From an uncultured bacterium (lineage in GTDB: Bacteria > Patescibacteriota > Microgenomatia > Levybacterales > UBA12049): a stretch of DNA of 64,000 bases. The notes beneath the pieces are model-generated. The model was not told the origin of the DNA. It did no database searches and saw nothing but the letters and a program-made list of their open reading frames with translations. The DNA is taken from the NCBI GenBank assembly GCA_963826535.1, contig CAWGXL010000011.1:192809-256808 (forward strand). The letters are read 5' to 3'. The position numbers were made by a program, and so were the translations under genes. Of this stretch, positions 40,495-49,312 are shown piece after piece (position 1 is the first letter of the stretch; each line of letters opens with the position of its first letter).

Positions 40495-41481
40495 TTATAC
40501 GGGAGAAGTAGGCGGCTGGCAAAAACGGGCAATTTTTAGCTCAGAGATCAGATCGCTGCAAAGGTTATCAACAGCGTCATCCGAATCTAAGGCTGCAACC
40601 AGGAATGGACGGGCCAGCCCTGCCAAAGCGCAGCCAAGGTGAAGTACTTTGGCAATATCCAAACCGGTTCTCACACCTCCGGAGCCGAGAATAGTTAGTC
40701 CTTTAATTTGAGTACAAGCTTGGATGGACTCATAAGTGGTTAAGCCAAAATGTTTAAAAACTTCGGCTTTTCGATCCTCCCCTGCAATTTTGGCTTCGAT
40801 CCATGACCAGGAGGTGCCGCCTACTCCTGCGGTATCAATAATCTTTACGCCGATGTTAAATAAATTTCGTGCGGTATGAAGGTCAATACCGTGACCTACT
40901 TCTTTGAAAATTACGGGAACATTTATTTTTTTTATAACCTGCTCGATTTTTGGCAGCAAGTCATGAAAATTCGTGCTGCCGCCCGGCTGCAAGGCTTCTT
41001 GTAAGGGATTGAGATGCAAGACTAAAGCGTCGGCTTCTATAAGATCAACAGCTTTTTGACAATCAATCCACGTAAGTCCGTCGTTAAGTGTGCTGGCTCC
41101 AAGATTGGCCATAAGCGGGATGGTTGGGGCAAATTTACGAACCTGAAACGTAGGCAATAGTTCAGGGTAACGCAGGGCAATACGGATACTTCCGAGTCCT
41201 AAGGGTATATTGAACTTCTGAGCGGACCGGGCAAGGCGGGTGTTTAAACTCAAGGCTTTTTGGGGGCCGCCGGTCATGCAGGAAATAAAAAAAGGGTAGG
41301 AGATTTTTTTTCCTAAGAATTTGGCTGATAGATCGATTTCGTCGAGAGAACGATCAGGTAAAGCGCAATAGGGCAAGATTACTTTTTCCAAGCCATTGGT
41401 GCCTGTTTGCGACAGGGGGTCTAGGGCAAATTGTAAATGCATGGACTTTCGTTTTTTTATGGTATCTTTAGTCGTGGTCAT
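40495..41481 (-). CDS. fni: Type 2 isopentenyl-diphosphate isomerase
   Basis: RKSMH, MTGG, HLNPLQE, KEVGHGI, GGTSW, SGGVRTG. Confidence 0.9.
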   Translation of the reverse strand: MTTTKDTIKKRKSMHLQFALDPLSQTGTNGLEKVILPYCALPDRSLDEIDLSAKFLGKKISYPFFISCMTGGPQKALSLNTRLARSAQKFNIPLGLGSIRIALRYPELLPTFQVRKFAPTIPLMANLGASTLNDGLTWIDCQKAVDLIEADALVLHLNPLQEALQPGGSTNFHDLLPKIEQVIKKINVPVIFKEVGHGIDLHTARNLFNIGVKIIDTAGVGGTSWSWIEAKIAGEDRKAEVFKHFGLTTYESIQACTQIKGLTILGSGGVRTGLDIAKVLHLGCALAGLARPFLVAALDSDDAVDNLCSDLISELKIARFCQPPTSPV

Positions 41482-41544
41482 AAGAATGCATTATACCTTA
41501 CTTATTTGTAGAGCGCTATGCTATACTTAATTGGTACTCTGGGT

Positions 41545-41979
41545 ATGAAAAATTCTATTATTCTAATTTTACAATTTATATTGGTTTTATATATTATTTT
41601 TCTTTCTGGGCCATATTTTATTTTTACGGTTCCTTTTGTAGTGATTCAGACTTTAAGCGTTTTGCTTATTTTTTGGGCATTACTGGTAAAAAAGCTGCAA
41701 AAAGTGCGGGTATTTAGTGGAGCGTCGAGGGGGGTTTATTTAATTAAGGATGGTCCATATGAATTTATCAGGCATCCGGTATATGTGGGCTTGTTGCTTT
41801 TTGTATCAACTTACGTTCAGGAATATTTTACACCGGAACGATTTTTGGCCTTTGTACTTATAGTAATTCTTGTACTTTTACGGATACGCAGCGATGAGAG
41901 ACGAACTGAAATTCATTTTAAGCATGAGTACAGCACACATAAGAAGAAAACTAAGATGCTAATCCCCTACGTCTACTGA
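41545..41979 (+). CDS. Isoprenylcysteine carboxylmethyltransferase (ICMT/PEMT) family protein
   Basis: LIKDGPYEFIRHPVYVG motif, TMs. Confidence 0.75.
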   Translation: MKNSIILILQFILVLYIIFLSGPYFIFTVPFVVIQTLSVLLIFWALLVKKLQKVRVFSGASRGVYLIKDGPYEFIRHPVYVGLLLFVSTYVQEYFTPERFLAFVLIVILVLLRIRSDERRTEIHFKHEYSTHKKKTKMLIPYVY

Positions 41980-41991
41980 AATAAGTTTTAT

Positions 41992-42309
41992 TCAAAAGAC
42001 TCCTTTTAGGAGGAATAGTACAAGGCCTATGATTATGGCGATAATCAATATGCTTGAAAGGCCGGCAAAGGCTAGGATTCCCAGAACTGAGAGTATCCAA
42101 AGAACTAGAAGCACTCCTGCAATTTCTCTGAATGGACTGGGAAGAACGCCGATAATTGCGCCAATTACTGCAAGCGTGAGAAGGTTCCAAAGTGTAACGG
42201 GCTGTCCGTTGATGGTAAAAAGTATAATATTGGGAAGGTTTACATTTCCGACAGAGATGTAGCCAAAGTACCAGAGAATGATGAGAATAATTAGTAGCCC
42301 AATTAACAT
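41992..42309 (-). CDS. Small integral membrane hypothetical protein
   Basis: 105 aa, highly hydrophobic, 3-4 TMs. Confidence 0.6.
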   Translation of the reverse strand: MLIGLLIILIILWYFGYISVGNVNLPNIILFTINGQPVTLWNLLTLAVIGAIIGVLPSPFREIAGVLLVLWILSVLGILAFAGLSSILIIAIIIGLVLFLLKGVF

Positions 42310-42376
42310 AATTTAATGCTAGAGCTTGAAGGTGAAAATGAGTTAAAGATGAGGTAAGAGATATGCAAGAGCTTTT

Positions 42377-42766
42377 TTAGATTTTTAACATTGGGAGGTT
42401 ATATTTTACGATTTTATCATCAGTAGTAATAAGCGTGAGCTTCTCGACAATGGCTTGAGAAATTAAGATTCTATCAAATGGATCTTTATGATGAAGAGGG
42501 AGTATATCAATACCAAACACATGGTCTATTTCTATAGGAAGGACGCTAAACTTGCTTTTCTGCACACTAACTTTCATATCCATAGATAGATCTAGTTTTT
42601 TCTTTCTTTTTTTTAAAACTATCTCCCAAACACTAACTACACTTAAAAAAATCTTATTATGAGGATTATTTAAAAGATCAAAAAGTTCTTGAGGGAGTTT
42701 ATTGCTTTTTTCCATCCACCATATAAATATATGTGTATCTATTAGATATCCGTTATTATTCACCAT
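42377..42766 (-). CDS. VapC/PIN toxin
   Basis: LIDTHIFIWW, SVVSVWEI, HKDPFDRILISQA, LITTD; start at ATG 42766. Confidence 0.9.
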   Translation of the reverse strand: MVNNNGYLIDTHIFIWWMEKSNKLPQELFDLLNNPHNKIFLSVVSVWEIVLKKRKKKLDLSMDMKVSVQKSKFSVLPIEIDHVFGIDILPLHHKDPFDRILISQAIVEKLTLITTDDKIVKYNLPMLKI

Positions 42767-42989
42767 AAAAAAGCTTATTAATTTCCTCGTCTTCATCATC
42801 AAAATCATCAGATACCCATACCTTACCCTTCCATAATCCCGGCTTTCGGGGCTTAAGGTCTTCCTTATAAGCAACAAGCTTTGCCACAGGTTTTCCTGCT
42901 TTGGCAATTATGACATCCTCGCCTTGCAAAGTTTTCTCTATTAATTTTGACAGATTCGTTTTTGCTTGATGAATATTTACAGTCTGCAT
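42756..42989 (-). CDS. Phd/YefM antitoxin
   Basis: VNIHQAKTNLSKLIE..GEDVIIAKAGKPVAKL. Confidence 0.9.
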   Translation of the reverse strand: MQTVNIHQAKTNLSKLIEKTLQGEDVIIAKAGKPVAKLVAYKEDLKPRKPGLWKGKVWVSDDFDDEDEEINKLFYGE

Positions 42990-42997
42990 ATAGGTAC

Positions 42998-43026
42998 ATA
43001 TTAGCTAATTTAGCTAAGTGTGTCAA
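42998..43026 (-). promoter_or_regulatory. TA promoter with palindromic operator
   Basis: TTGACA-17 bp-TAATAT; TTAGCTAA twice (TTAGCTAATTTAGCTAA, 43001-43017) overlapping the -10 and spacer. Confidence 0.6.
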
Positions 43027-43086
43027 TAACTTGAACAAAATGTTTTATGCCTGGAAGCTAACGCGGCTTAGGCAAACGATTCTTGA

Positions 43087-45204
43087 TTATTGTTGTGCAG
43101 AGATTCGGCCGGTGAAGGTGGATTTGGCCAGCATTTGTTCCAGGATGTTCTTGGGGACGATTTCATAATGGCTTGGTTCCATGTAGTAATGGGCGCGGCC
43201 TTGAGTGAGGCTGCGGAGTTGGGTGGCGTAGCCTGATAGACTTTCTAAGGGGACCATGGCGAGGATGATTGTCGCAGTACCGTGTTCTTCGGAGCCTAAG
43301 ATTTGGGCGCGTTTGGAGGAGAGATCGCCTATGACTTCGCCCATAAATTCGGACGGAGTGGTGACTTCGACTTTCATGATAGGCTCAAGTAGTGTAAGGC
43401 CGGCTCTTTTGGTCGCGGCTTGAAGCGCTTGGCTGGCGGCGATTTTAAAGGCAATGTCGGATGAGTCGACATCATGATATGATCCGTCGTAACAGGTGAC
43501 TTTCATGTCTACGACCGGATAGCCAAGCAGGATACCGTTATCCATAGTTTCGACAATGCCTTTTTGGATTGAGGAAATAAATTCCTGCGGGATGGCGCCG
43601 CCTTTGACTGCATTGACAAATTCGAAGCCCTCACCTCTTGCCTGGGGTTCGACGCGGAGGAAACAGTGACCATATTGGCCGCGGCCGCCGGACTGGCGGA
43701 TGTATTTGCCTTCGGCTTCGGCAGGTTTCTCGATAGTTTCTTTGTAGGCTACTTGGGGAGCGCCAACATTGGCTTCGACATTGAATTCACGTTTCATACG
43801 GTCAACCATGATCTCGAGCTGGAGTTCACCGATTCCGGAAATAATTGTCTGGCCTGTCTCGTGGTTGGTCTTGACTGTGAATGTCGGATCTTCTTCCATG
43901 AGACGCTTTAAGGAAAAACCAAGTCTCTCCTGATCGGATTTGGTTTTGGGCTCGATGGCAAGCGAGATAACCGGTTCGGGGAAGGTGATTTTCTCGAGGA
44001 TAATTGGCTTGGCTTCGTCACAAAGAGTATCGCCGGTACCTGTTTCTTTTAAGCCGACGATTGCAACTATTTCGCCTGCGTAGGCTTCTTTGATTTCTTC
44101 ACGATTATTGGCATGCATAAGAAGCAGGCGGCCGATGCGTTCCTTGGTGTCTTTGGTACTATTATATGTATAGGAACCGGCGCTTAATTTTCCTGAATAG
44201 ACGCGGAAGTAGGTTAATTTACCAACATGAGGATCGTTTTGTATTTTGAAGGCCAGGCCGGAAAATGAGTCTTCGAGCGTAAGCTTGCGGACTTCGGGGC
44301 TTCCGGTTTTGGGGTGGATGCCTTTGACTTCATCGAGATCTACCGGGGAGGGGAGATAATCAATAACGGCATCGAGGAGTGGCTGCACGCCTTTGTTGCG
44401 AAGGGATGAGCCGGCGAAAATGGGGACTAATTTATAGGCAATTACTGCGGCGCGAAGGCTTTTTTTGAGTTCTTCAACCGGCAGATCCTTGCCGCTTAGA
44501 TATTTTTCCAGAAGTACGTCATCGGTTTCGGCGATTTTCTCGATGAGTTTAGCCCGGTATTCTTCGACCTGTTGCTTCATGTCTTCGGGGATTTTGTCGG
44601 AGACTTCGAATTTGGCGCCGAGTTCTTCAGATCCCCAGATCAGTGCTTTACGGGTAAGCAGGTCGACTGTTCCAATGAATGTATTTTCTGCTCCGATGGG
44701 AAGAACCATAATTGCGGGATTGGCGCCGAGTCTGACTTCAATTGTCTTGATAGTATGGAGGAAATCAGCACCCAGCTTGTCCATTTTGTTAACGAAACAA
44801 ATACGCGGGACTTTATATTTATCCGCTTGGCGCCAGACGGTTTCGGATTGAGATTGCACGCCTTCTTCAGCGTCAAGTACAGTAATTCCTCCATCGAGAA
44901 CACGGAGGGAGCGCTCTACTTCGGCGGTGAAGTCAACGTGTCCGGGAGTGTCGATAATATTTATGCGATGATCTTTCCAAAAAGTAGTAGTGGCTGCGGA
45001 TACAATAGTGATGCCTCTTTCTCTTTCCTGGGCCATCCAGTCCATTTGTGTGCTACCTTCATCAATGTCGCCGATTTTGTAAGTTTTGCCTGTGTAGAAC
45101 AAGATGCGTTCGGTTGTGGTGGTCTTGCCCGCGTCAATGTGGGCAATAATGCCGATATTACGGATCTTGTCGAGCGGGAAATTGCGTGATTTTGGGTCGT
45201 CCAT
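43087..45204 (-). CDS. fusA: Elongation factor G
   Basis: [45 protein letters not shown]. Confidence 0.97.
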   Translation of the reverse strand: MDDPKSRNFPLDKIRNIGIIAHIDAGKTTTTERILFYTGKTYKIGDIDEGSTQMDWMAQERERGITIVSAATTTFWKDHRINIIDTPGHVDFTAEVERSLRVLDGGITVLDAEEGVQSQSETVWRQADKYKVPRICFVNKMDKLGADFLHTIKTIEVRLGANPAIMVLPIGAENTFIGTVDLLTRKALIWGSEELGAKFEVSDKIPEDMKQQVEEYRAKLIEKIAETDDVLLEKYLSGKDLPVEELKKSLRAAVIAYKLVPIFAGSSLRNKGVQPLLDAVIDYLPSPVDLDEVKGIHPKTGSPEVRKLTLEDSFSGLAFKIQNDPHVGKLTYFRVYSGKLSAGSYTYNSTKDTKERIGRLLLMHANNREEIKEAYAGEIVAIVGLKETGTGDTLCDEAKPIILEKITFPEPVISLAIEPKTKSDQERLGFSLKRLMEEDPTFTVKTNHETGQTIISGIGELQLEIMVDRMKREFNVEANVGAPQVAYKETIEKPAEAEGKYIRQSGGRGQYGHCFLRVEPQARGEGFEFVNAVKGGAIPQEFISSIQKGIVETMDNGILLGYPVVDMKVTCYDGSYHDVDSSDIAFKIAASQALQAATKRAGLTLLEPIMKVEVTTPSEFMGEVIGDLSSKRAQILGSEEHGTATIILAMVPLESLSGYATQLRSLTQGRAHYYMEPSHYEIVPKNILEQMLAKSTFTGRISAQQ

Positions 45205-45209
45205 AAATA

Positions 45210-45313
45210 AAAAAGTTAAAAATTCAAAGTGAAAAGTTCAAAGTTACTATGTCTAATTAAAAATTCTAAAGCTGCACAGTAACTCAAAAAAATTTAACTT
45301 TTAAACTTTTAAC
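45210..45313. repeat. Heptamer-periodic inverted repeat in the fusA 5' UTR
   Basis: AAAGTTA/AAAATTC/AAAGTGA/AAAGTTC/AAAGTTA units, then TTTAACTTTTAAACTTTTAAC. Confidence 0.6.
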
Positions 45314-45388
45314 CGTCTTAAATTATAGCATAATTTGATGGGGCTGGCTATAGTAAAGAAGTGTTTTATTTACTGTATAATAGCCCAT

Positions 45389-46348
45389 ATGAAATCTTTT
45401 TGGAAAAAATTACCGCGGCCGTTTACCGCGCTTGCACCCTTGGACGGGGTGACTGATGCAGTATTTCGTCAGATGGTGACGGAAATTGGCAAGCCGGATG
45501 TGCTTTTTACAGAATTTACTGCTTGCGGGGGTTTGGTGTCAGAGGGAAGAAGTCATGCGGCTCGGAATCTGTTGTTTAAGCCTAACGAGCAGCCGATTGT
45601 CGCGCAGATCTGGGGAACGGAGCCCTCGGACTTTCTTACTGTTGCGCAGGATTTAAGGGCGCGAGGATTTGCGGGGATTGATATTAATATGGGTTGTCCT
45701 GTGCGCGCAATTATTAAGGATGGTTCGTGTTCGGCGCTTATGAAGAATACTAAGCTTGCAGGTGAGATTATTCAGGCCACTAAAAAGGGGGCAAAAGACG
45801 TACCTGTGAGCGTGAAGACGCGAATAGGTTTTGATAAAACTAATATAAAGGAGTGGATCGGATTTCTCTTAAAACAGGATTTGGCGGCTTTGACTGTGCA
45901 TCTGCGGACTGTGGCGGAGATGTCCAAATTTCCTGCGCATTGGGAGTTGATGCCTGAGATTGTCTCAATGCGCAACGAATTGGCGCCTCAGACTTTGATC
46001 ATTGGGAACGGTGATATTGTTGTGCTTTCTGAGGTGGAGGAGAAGTTTAAAAAATACGGATGCGAGGGAATTATGATCGGGCGGGGAATTTTTGCCAATC
46101 CTTGGATATTTAATAGACCGGTGGATATGAAAGAGAAGACTGAAAAAGCGCGGGTTGCGTTGTTTTTGCGTCACATTGAGCTTTTTGAAAAAGAGTGGAA
46201 GGGGCGGCGGAAATTTGATCCGCTTAAGAAATTTGCGAAGGTGTATTTAAGTAATTTCGATGGGGCAGCTGACTTGAGGATGGAGCTTATGAAAGCTAAG
46301 AGTCTTGAGGAGATGAAACTTACGCTTAAAGATTATAAAACTTCTTAA
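45389..46348 (+). CDS. dus: tRNA-dihydrouridine synthase
   Basis: LAPLDGVTD, DINMGCP, VSVKTRIG, GNGDI, MIGRG; start at ATG 45389. Confidence 0.9.
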   Translation: MKSFWKKLPRPFTALAPLDGVTDAVFRQMVTEIGKPDVLFTEFTACGGLVSEGRSHAARNLLFKPNEQPIVAQIWGTEPSDFLTVAQDLRARGFAGIDINMGCPVRAIIKDGSCSALMKNTKLAGEIIQATKKGAKDVPVSVKTRIGFDKTNIKEWIGFLLKQDLAALTVHLRTVAEMSKFPAHWELMPEIVSMRNELAPQTLIIGNGDIVVLSEVEEKFKKYGCEGIMIGRGIFANPWIFNRPVDMKEKTEKARVALFLRHIELFEKEWKGRRKFDPLKKFAKVYLSNFDGAADLRMELMKAKSLEEMKLTLKDYKTS

Positions 46349-46420
46349 GGGATAAAAATCAATCCAAATCTATACAATGGCATAACTAACCCTTTACAAA
46401 CTCTGTGTTAGAACTGCCTA

Positions 46421-46696
46421 TTAAGATTGATTTTGTAGATGATCCATGATCCACATTCTTGCAAGTGTTGTTGGGCCGATTCCTTTTTTATGTGCAAGTG
46501 TACGAAGTTTATTTAAAGTAGGAGAATCAAACCGTATAGTGATTCCTTCCGATAGATTTTTGGCAAAACGTGCTTTGATAGGATGGAATTCATCTATAAA
46601 ATCAGCTATGCTGTGTGTTTCCCAAAAATTTGCTTCTTCTTCACGACTAGCAAATGTAGGAATTTTAGTTAATCTTTTAGTTTTTGTTTTCATCAT
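46421..46696 (-). CDS. CopG/BrnA-like antitoxin
   Basis: IPTFASREEEANFWETH; ITIRF...GIGPTTLARMWI. Confidence 0.8.
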   Translation of the reverse strand: MMKTKTKRLTKIPTFASREEEANFWETHSIADFIDEFHPIKARFAKNLSEGITIRFDSPTLNKLRTLAHKKGIGPTTLARMWIMDHLQNQS

Positions 46697-46980
46697 TATT
46701 TTTCACCTCCTTTCAAACGATTATAAAGCGCAATTTCTTTCTTATCCGCTTGATATGCTGTAATAGGATAATATCTCCCATTACCTTGTGTCTCCAGTAC
46801 TACTGCCAATATTTGATTTTCTTCAGTCGGACCCAGAAGTACTAATCGTCCTTTTTGCTGGCCAAGTAGTACCAATGGTGATCCATAGCAAACTGCTTCT
46901 ACTTTTTCCGGAACAATCTTATGATTCGCTATATGCTGCACATTCCAAGAATCCCAGATTAGTTTACGTATTAAGAGCAC
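46696..46980 (-). CDS. BrnT-like toxin
   Basis: WDSWNVQHIANHKI, LLGPT, YPITAY; toxin-first order; palindrome TGTAAC-N7-GTTACA at 46989-47007 upstream. Confidence 0.75.
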   Translation of the reverse strand: MLLIRKLIWDSWNVQHIANHKIVPEKVEAVCYGSPLVLLGQQKGRLVLLGPTEENQILAVVLETQGNGRYYPITAYQADKKEIALYNRLKGGEK

Positions 46981-47345
46981 ATTTTTATTGTAACACGATG
47001 CGTTACATAGTCAAGGGTTAGGTGAAAAATCCACTTCGAAGTTGGCAATTCTTTCAGCCCACTCAAAAACTTGAATTGAAGTGGTATAATTGTATTGGAG
47101 GAAAAAGTTATGGAAAAGGAAGTGATAGGTGCAGCAGCTTTTGAAACTGTAGCGGCTTCAGATGTAGCAGGAGTAGAAAGTAGTGCCGGTGACGCAGGAG
47201 CTACAGAAGTAGGAGTTGGCGGGGGAGATTTTTTGGGGTTATTATTTTTTGGGTTCGCTTTGTATCTATTAAGTTCGATGACTTCTAATAGTAGATAAAT
47301 CAGAATATTTATTGCCGATGGGAATGAAATTCTACAATTAAGTTT

Positions 47346-48032
47346 CTAAAAAGGGATAGTGGGGTCTGTTCCGGGAGAATTATTTACAAAATGATTTCTG
47401 TAAATGCACAATTTGCAGGCTTCTGAAGGGATGGGTAATGGGCCATTTAATACTTCTGAAATTGATTTAATTAAAGTATAAAAACTTTGCATATTTTCTT
47501 CTATCGGATGCCAGGTTGGTTTAGCGGTAAAGAGTATTTTTCCATCTACGAGTTCCATTTGTTCAGGGTTTATACTGACTACTCCCATTCTTGAGATTTT
47601 AATTGGAGGCTTTCCATTATTGGGATTCTCGAGGGCATATTTGTAAGCATGGAGTTGAGATGCGTATTTTTGAATTTTTTCTTCGTCGGGTGTGGTGATT
47701 TTGAAATCAATGACTGTATAACTTCCGTCGTCCAACTTTGTGAGTATATCAAATCGGCCTGAGACAAAACAATCTTTTGTTCCCGGTATAGGGAGTGATT
47801 TTATAAATCCTTCTTGTATTTCTATGAGTCCTGATGGAAGAGTTGGATGGACATCTTTAAGATTCTTACCCATGATCGAGTTTTGAAGGAGACCGTTTAT
47901 TCTTCCAAACATAGAGGGGAATATACCGCTGGAGGAAATACCAAATTTTACTTTTTGATAATAGCAATGTTTACATTCTTCCCAAAGGTAGGAAAAATCA
48001 GAAGGGCTTAATTTATATAATTTAGGATTCAT
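47346..48032 (-). CDS. PD-(D/E)XK nuclease (RecB/Cas4-like)
   Basis: LSPS, CKHC, GRFD, IDFK, QLHAY, C-terminal CKLC. Confidence 0.8.
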   Translation of the reverse strand: MNPKLYKLSPSDFSYLWEECKHCYYQKVKFGISSSGIFPSMFGRINGLLQNSIMGKNLKDVHPTLPSGLIEIQEGFIKSLPIPGTKDCFVSGRFDILTKLDDGSYTVIDFKITTPDEEKIQKYASQLHAYKYALENPNNGKPPIKISRMGVVSINPEQMELVDGKILFTAKPTWHPIEENMQSFYTLIKSISEVLNGPLPIPSEACKLCIYRNHFVNNSPGTDPTIPF

Positions 48033-48134
48033 ACTTAACAGTAACTACTGCAGAGATTATTATACTATAAGTTGTGGAGAAAAGCTAATTCCAGAGTTTT
48101 TGGAGTTGGGAGAGGGTTTGCTTCAGTCCTGGCA

Positions 48135-48247
48135 GGGTGAGTCTTTTTGGTTTTAATCAGATGCAGGTGATTGTAAGTGGGGAGTATTCTGAGTGCAATA
48201 AAGCGATTACGATTGACAATCAATCCAATATACAACTGCTCAGGTAA
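48135..48247. repeat. Direct repeat A (113 bp)
   Basis: Matches 49103-49213 with 5 substitutions and a 2-bp indel. Confidence 0.9.
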
Positions 48248-48322
48248 CCACAGCAAGTATATTGGGAATATAAAGCTACCAAGCTAATTCAAGTCGAAGG
48301 TTGTAATTTAAGCGGCATTATT

Positions 48323-48832
48323 TTATATAATACCCTTACTTTTTAATTCTTGAAACATTGTTATCGATCTTTCAACACCCGACATCTTAAGAGCTTCAAT
48401 ATCTTTACCTTCTTTTAATTCTTTTATAGCTATATAAGCAAAATTTTGGGTCACTCTGGGTTCCATTTTTTTAGTAACGAGAAGCGTTTTGACTTGCCCA
48501 TCATCTTTATAAAATTTTCCATTTAAAACATCCAGTATGGTCTTAGCCATATTGTCTACATCTCGCGATTTATAGTCTTTTTGTGATACGAAATACTGAA
48601 CTATAAAAACAAAAACCTCTTTGTCTGTAGGAAATTGCTTTGTGTGTTTTAAGTCGCTTTCTACTCTTTGAAGAAAAGTTTGTCTGAATGTCCCCAAGCC
48701 GCTTTTTTCATCTTTTCTTCTTGCCTCAGAAAAATTGTCCTTTTTAAAGGCTTCTTGAGTTGAAGGAATAATCATATCAATGCCGATATCAAAATCTACA
48801 GAAGTTTTAATATTTGCATTTTTCCTCGCCAT
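48323..48832 (-). CDS. RusA-family endonuclease-like protein
   Basis: RDVDNMAKTILDVL...DDGQV matches the RusA D-x-D-N-x-x-K-x-x-x-D ... DD.QV signature. Confidence 0.75.
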   Translation of the reverse strand: MARKNANIKTSVDFDIGIDMIIPSTQEAFKKDNFSEARRKDEKSGLGTFRQTFLQRVESDLKHTKQFPTDKEVFVFIVQYFVSQKDYKSRDVDNMAKTILDVLNGKFYKDDGQVKTLLVTKKMEPRVTQNFAYIAIKELKEGKDIEALKMSGVERSITMFQELKSKGII

Positions 48833-48842
48833 TGGGGATATT

Positions 48843-49007
48843 TCAGGCTGTAATAAATGTGTAGAGCCTTACGCCTGTTTTGGTATTTTCTCTTTCTACT
48901 TTCTTTTCGGGTATTTCTTTACCTTCTTTTGTATAGAATGAAACTTTTGCCGGATTGTTTTTGTATTTTGTAGCTATAAAATAAACTTCTTTTTTTAACT
49001 TTTTCAT
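48843..49007 (-). CDS. 54-aa basic hypothetical protein (absent from the ORF track)
   Basis: ATG 49007 to TGA 48843: MKKLKKEVYFIATKYKNNPAKVSFYTKEGKEIPEKKVERENTKTGVRLYTFITA; ends 10 bp before the RusA-like gene. Confidence 0.55.
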   Translation of the reverse strand: MKKLKKEVYFIATKYKNNPAKVSFYTKEGKEIPEKKVERENTKTGVRLYTFITA

Positions 49008-49102
49008 AGTGTAGTTTATAGTATATAAGTATTTAGATAAAAATCAAGGCCTCTTACTGTTTTCAAACAAAATTTCGATGGTGCAGTTGTGTCTGGCAGC
49101 AG

Positions 49103-49213
49103 GGGTGAGTCTTTTTGGTTTTAATCAGATGCAGGTGATTGTAAGTGGAGTATTCTGCGTGCAATAAAGCGATTACGATTGATAATCAATCCAACATCCA
49201 ACTGCTAAGGTAA
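49103..49213. repeat. Direct repeat B (111 bp)
   Basis: Second copy of 48135-48247. Confidence 0.9.
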
Positions 49214-49312
49214 GTTCAACAAGTAAATATAGAATTATTTTATAAAGAAGAAAAGGTGCGAAGCTATTTCAGATGGATGGTGCAGTTATTTTAAATATTC
49301 GTTTTAATAATT

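Noticed and set aside
40495-40522. Long overlap or fusion of fni with GH18
   Set aside because: GH18 more plausibly starts at ATG 40486 with its own -10 box, so there is no true overlap.
43666-45189. Long antisense ORFs over fusA (likewise over recQ, hsdR, hsdM, radC and the pilin gene)
   Set aside because: Shadow frames of well-supported genes, with no recognisable motifs.
47095-47298. 67-aa plus-strand ORF
   Set aside because: Ambiguous: it has TGGTATAAT and GGAGG upstream, but reads like the antisense shadow of a Pro/Thr-rich gene remnant (KSPPPTPTSVAPAS...). Left uncalled.
48135-49213. CRISPR array or DGR next to the Cas4-like nuclease
   Set aside because: Only two ~112-bp copies separated by genes, no repeat-spacer periodicity, differences not adenine-specific, and no cas1/cas2.
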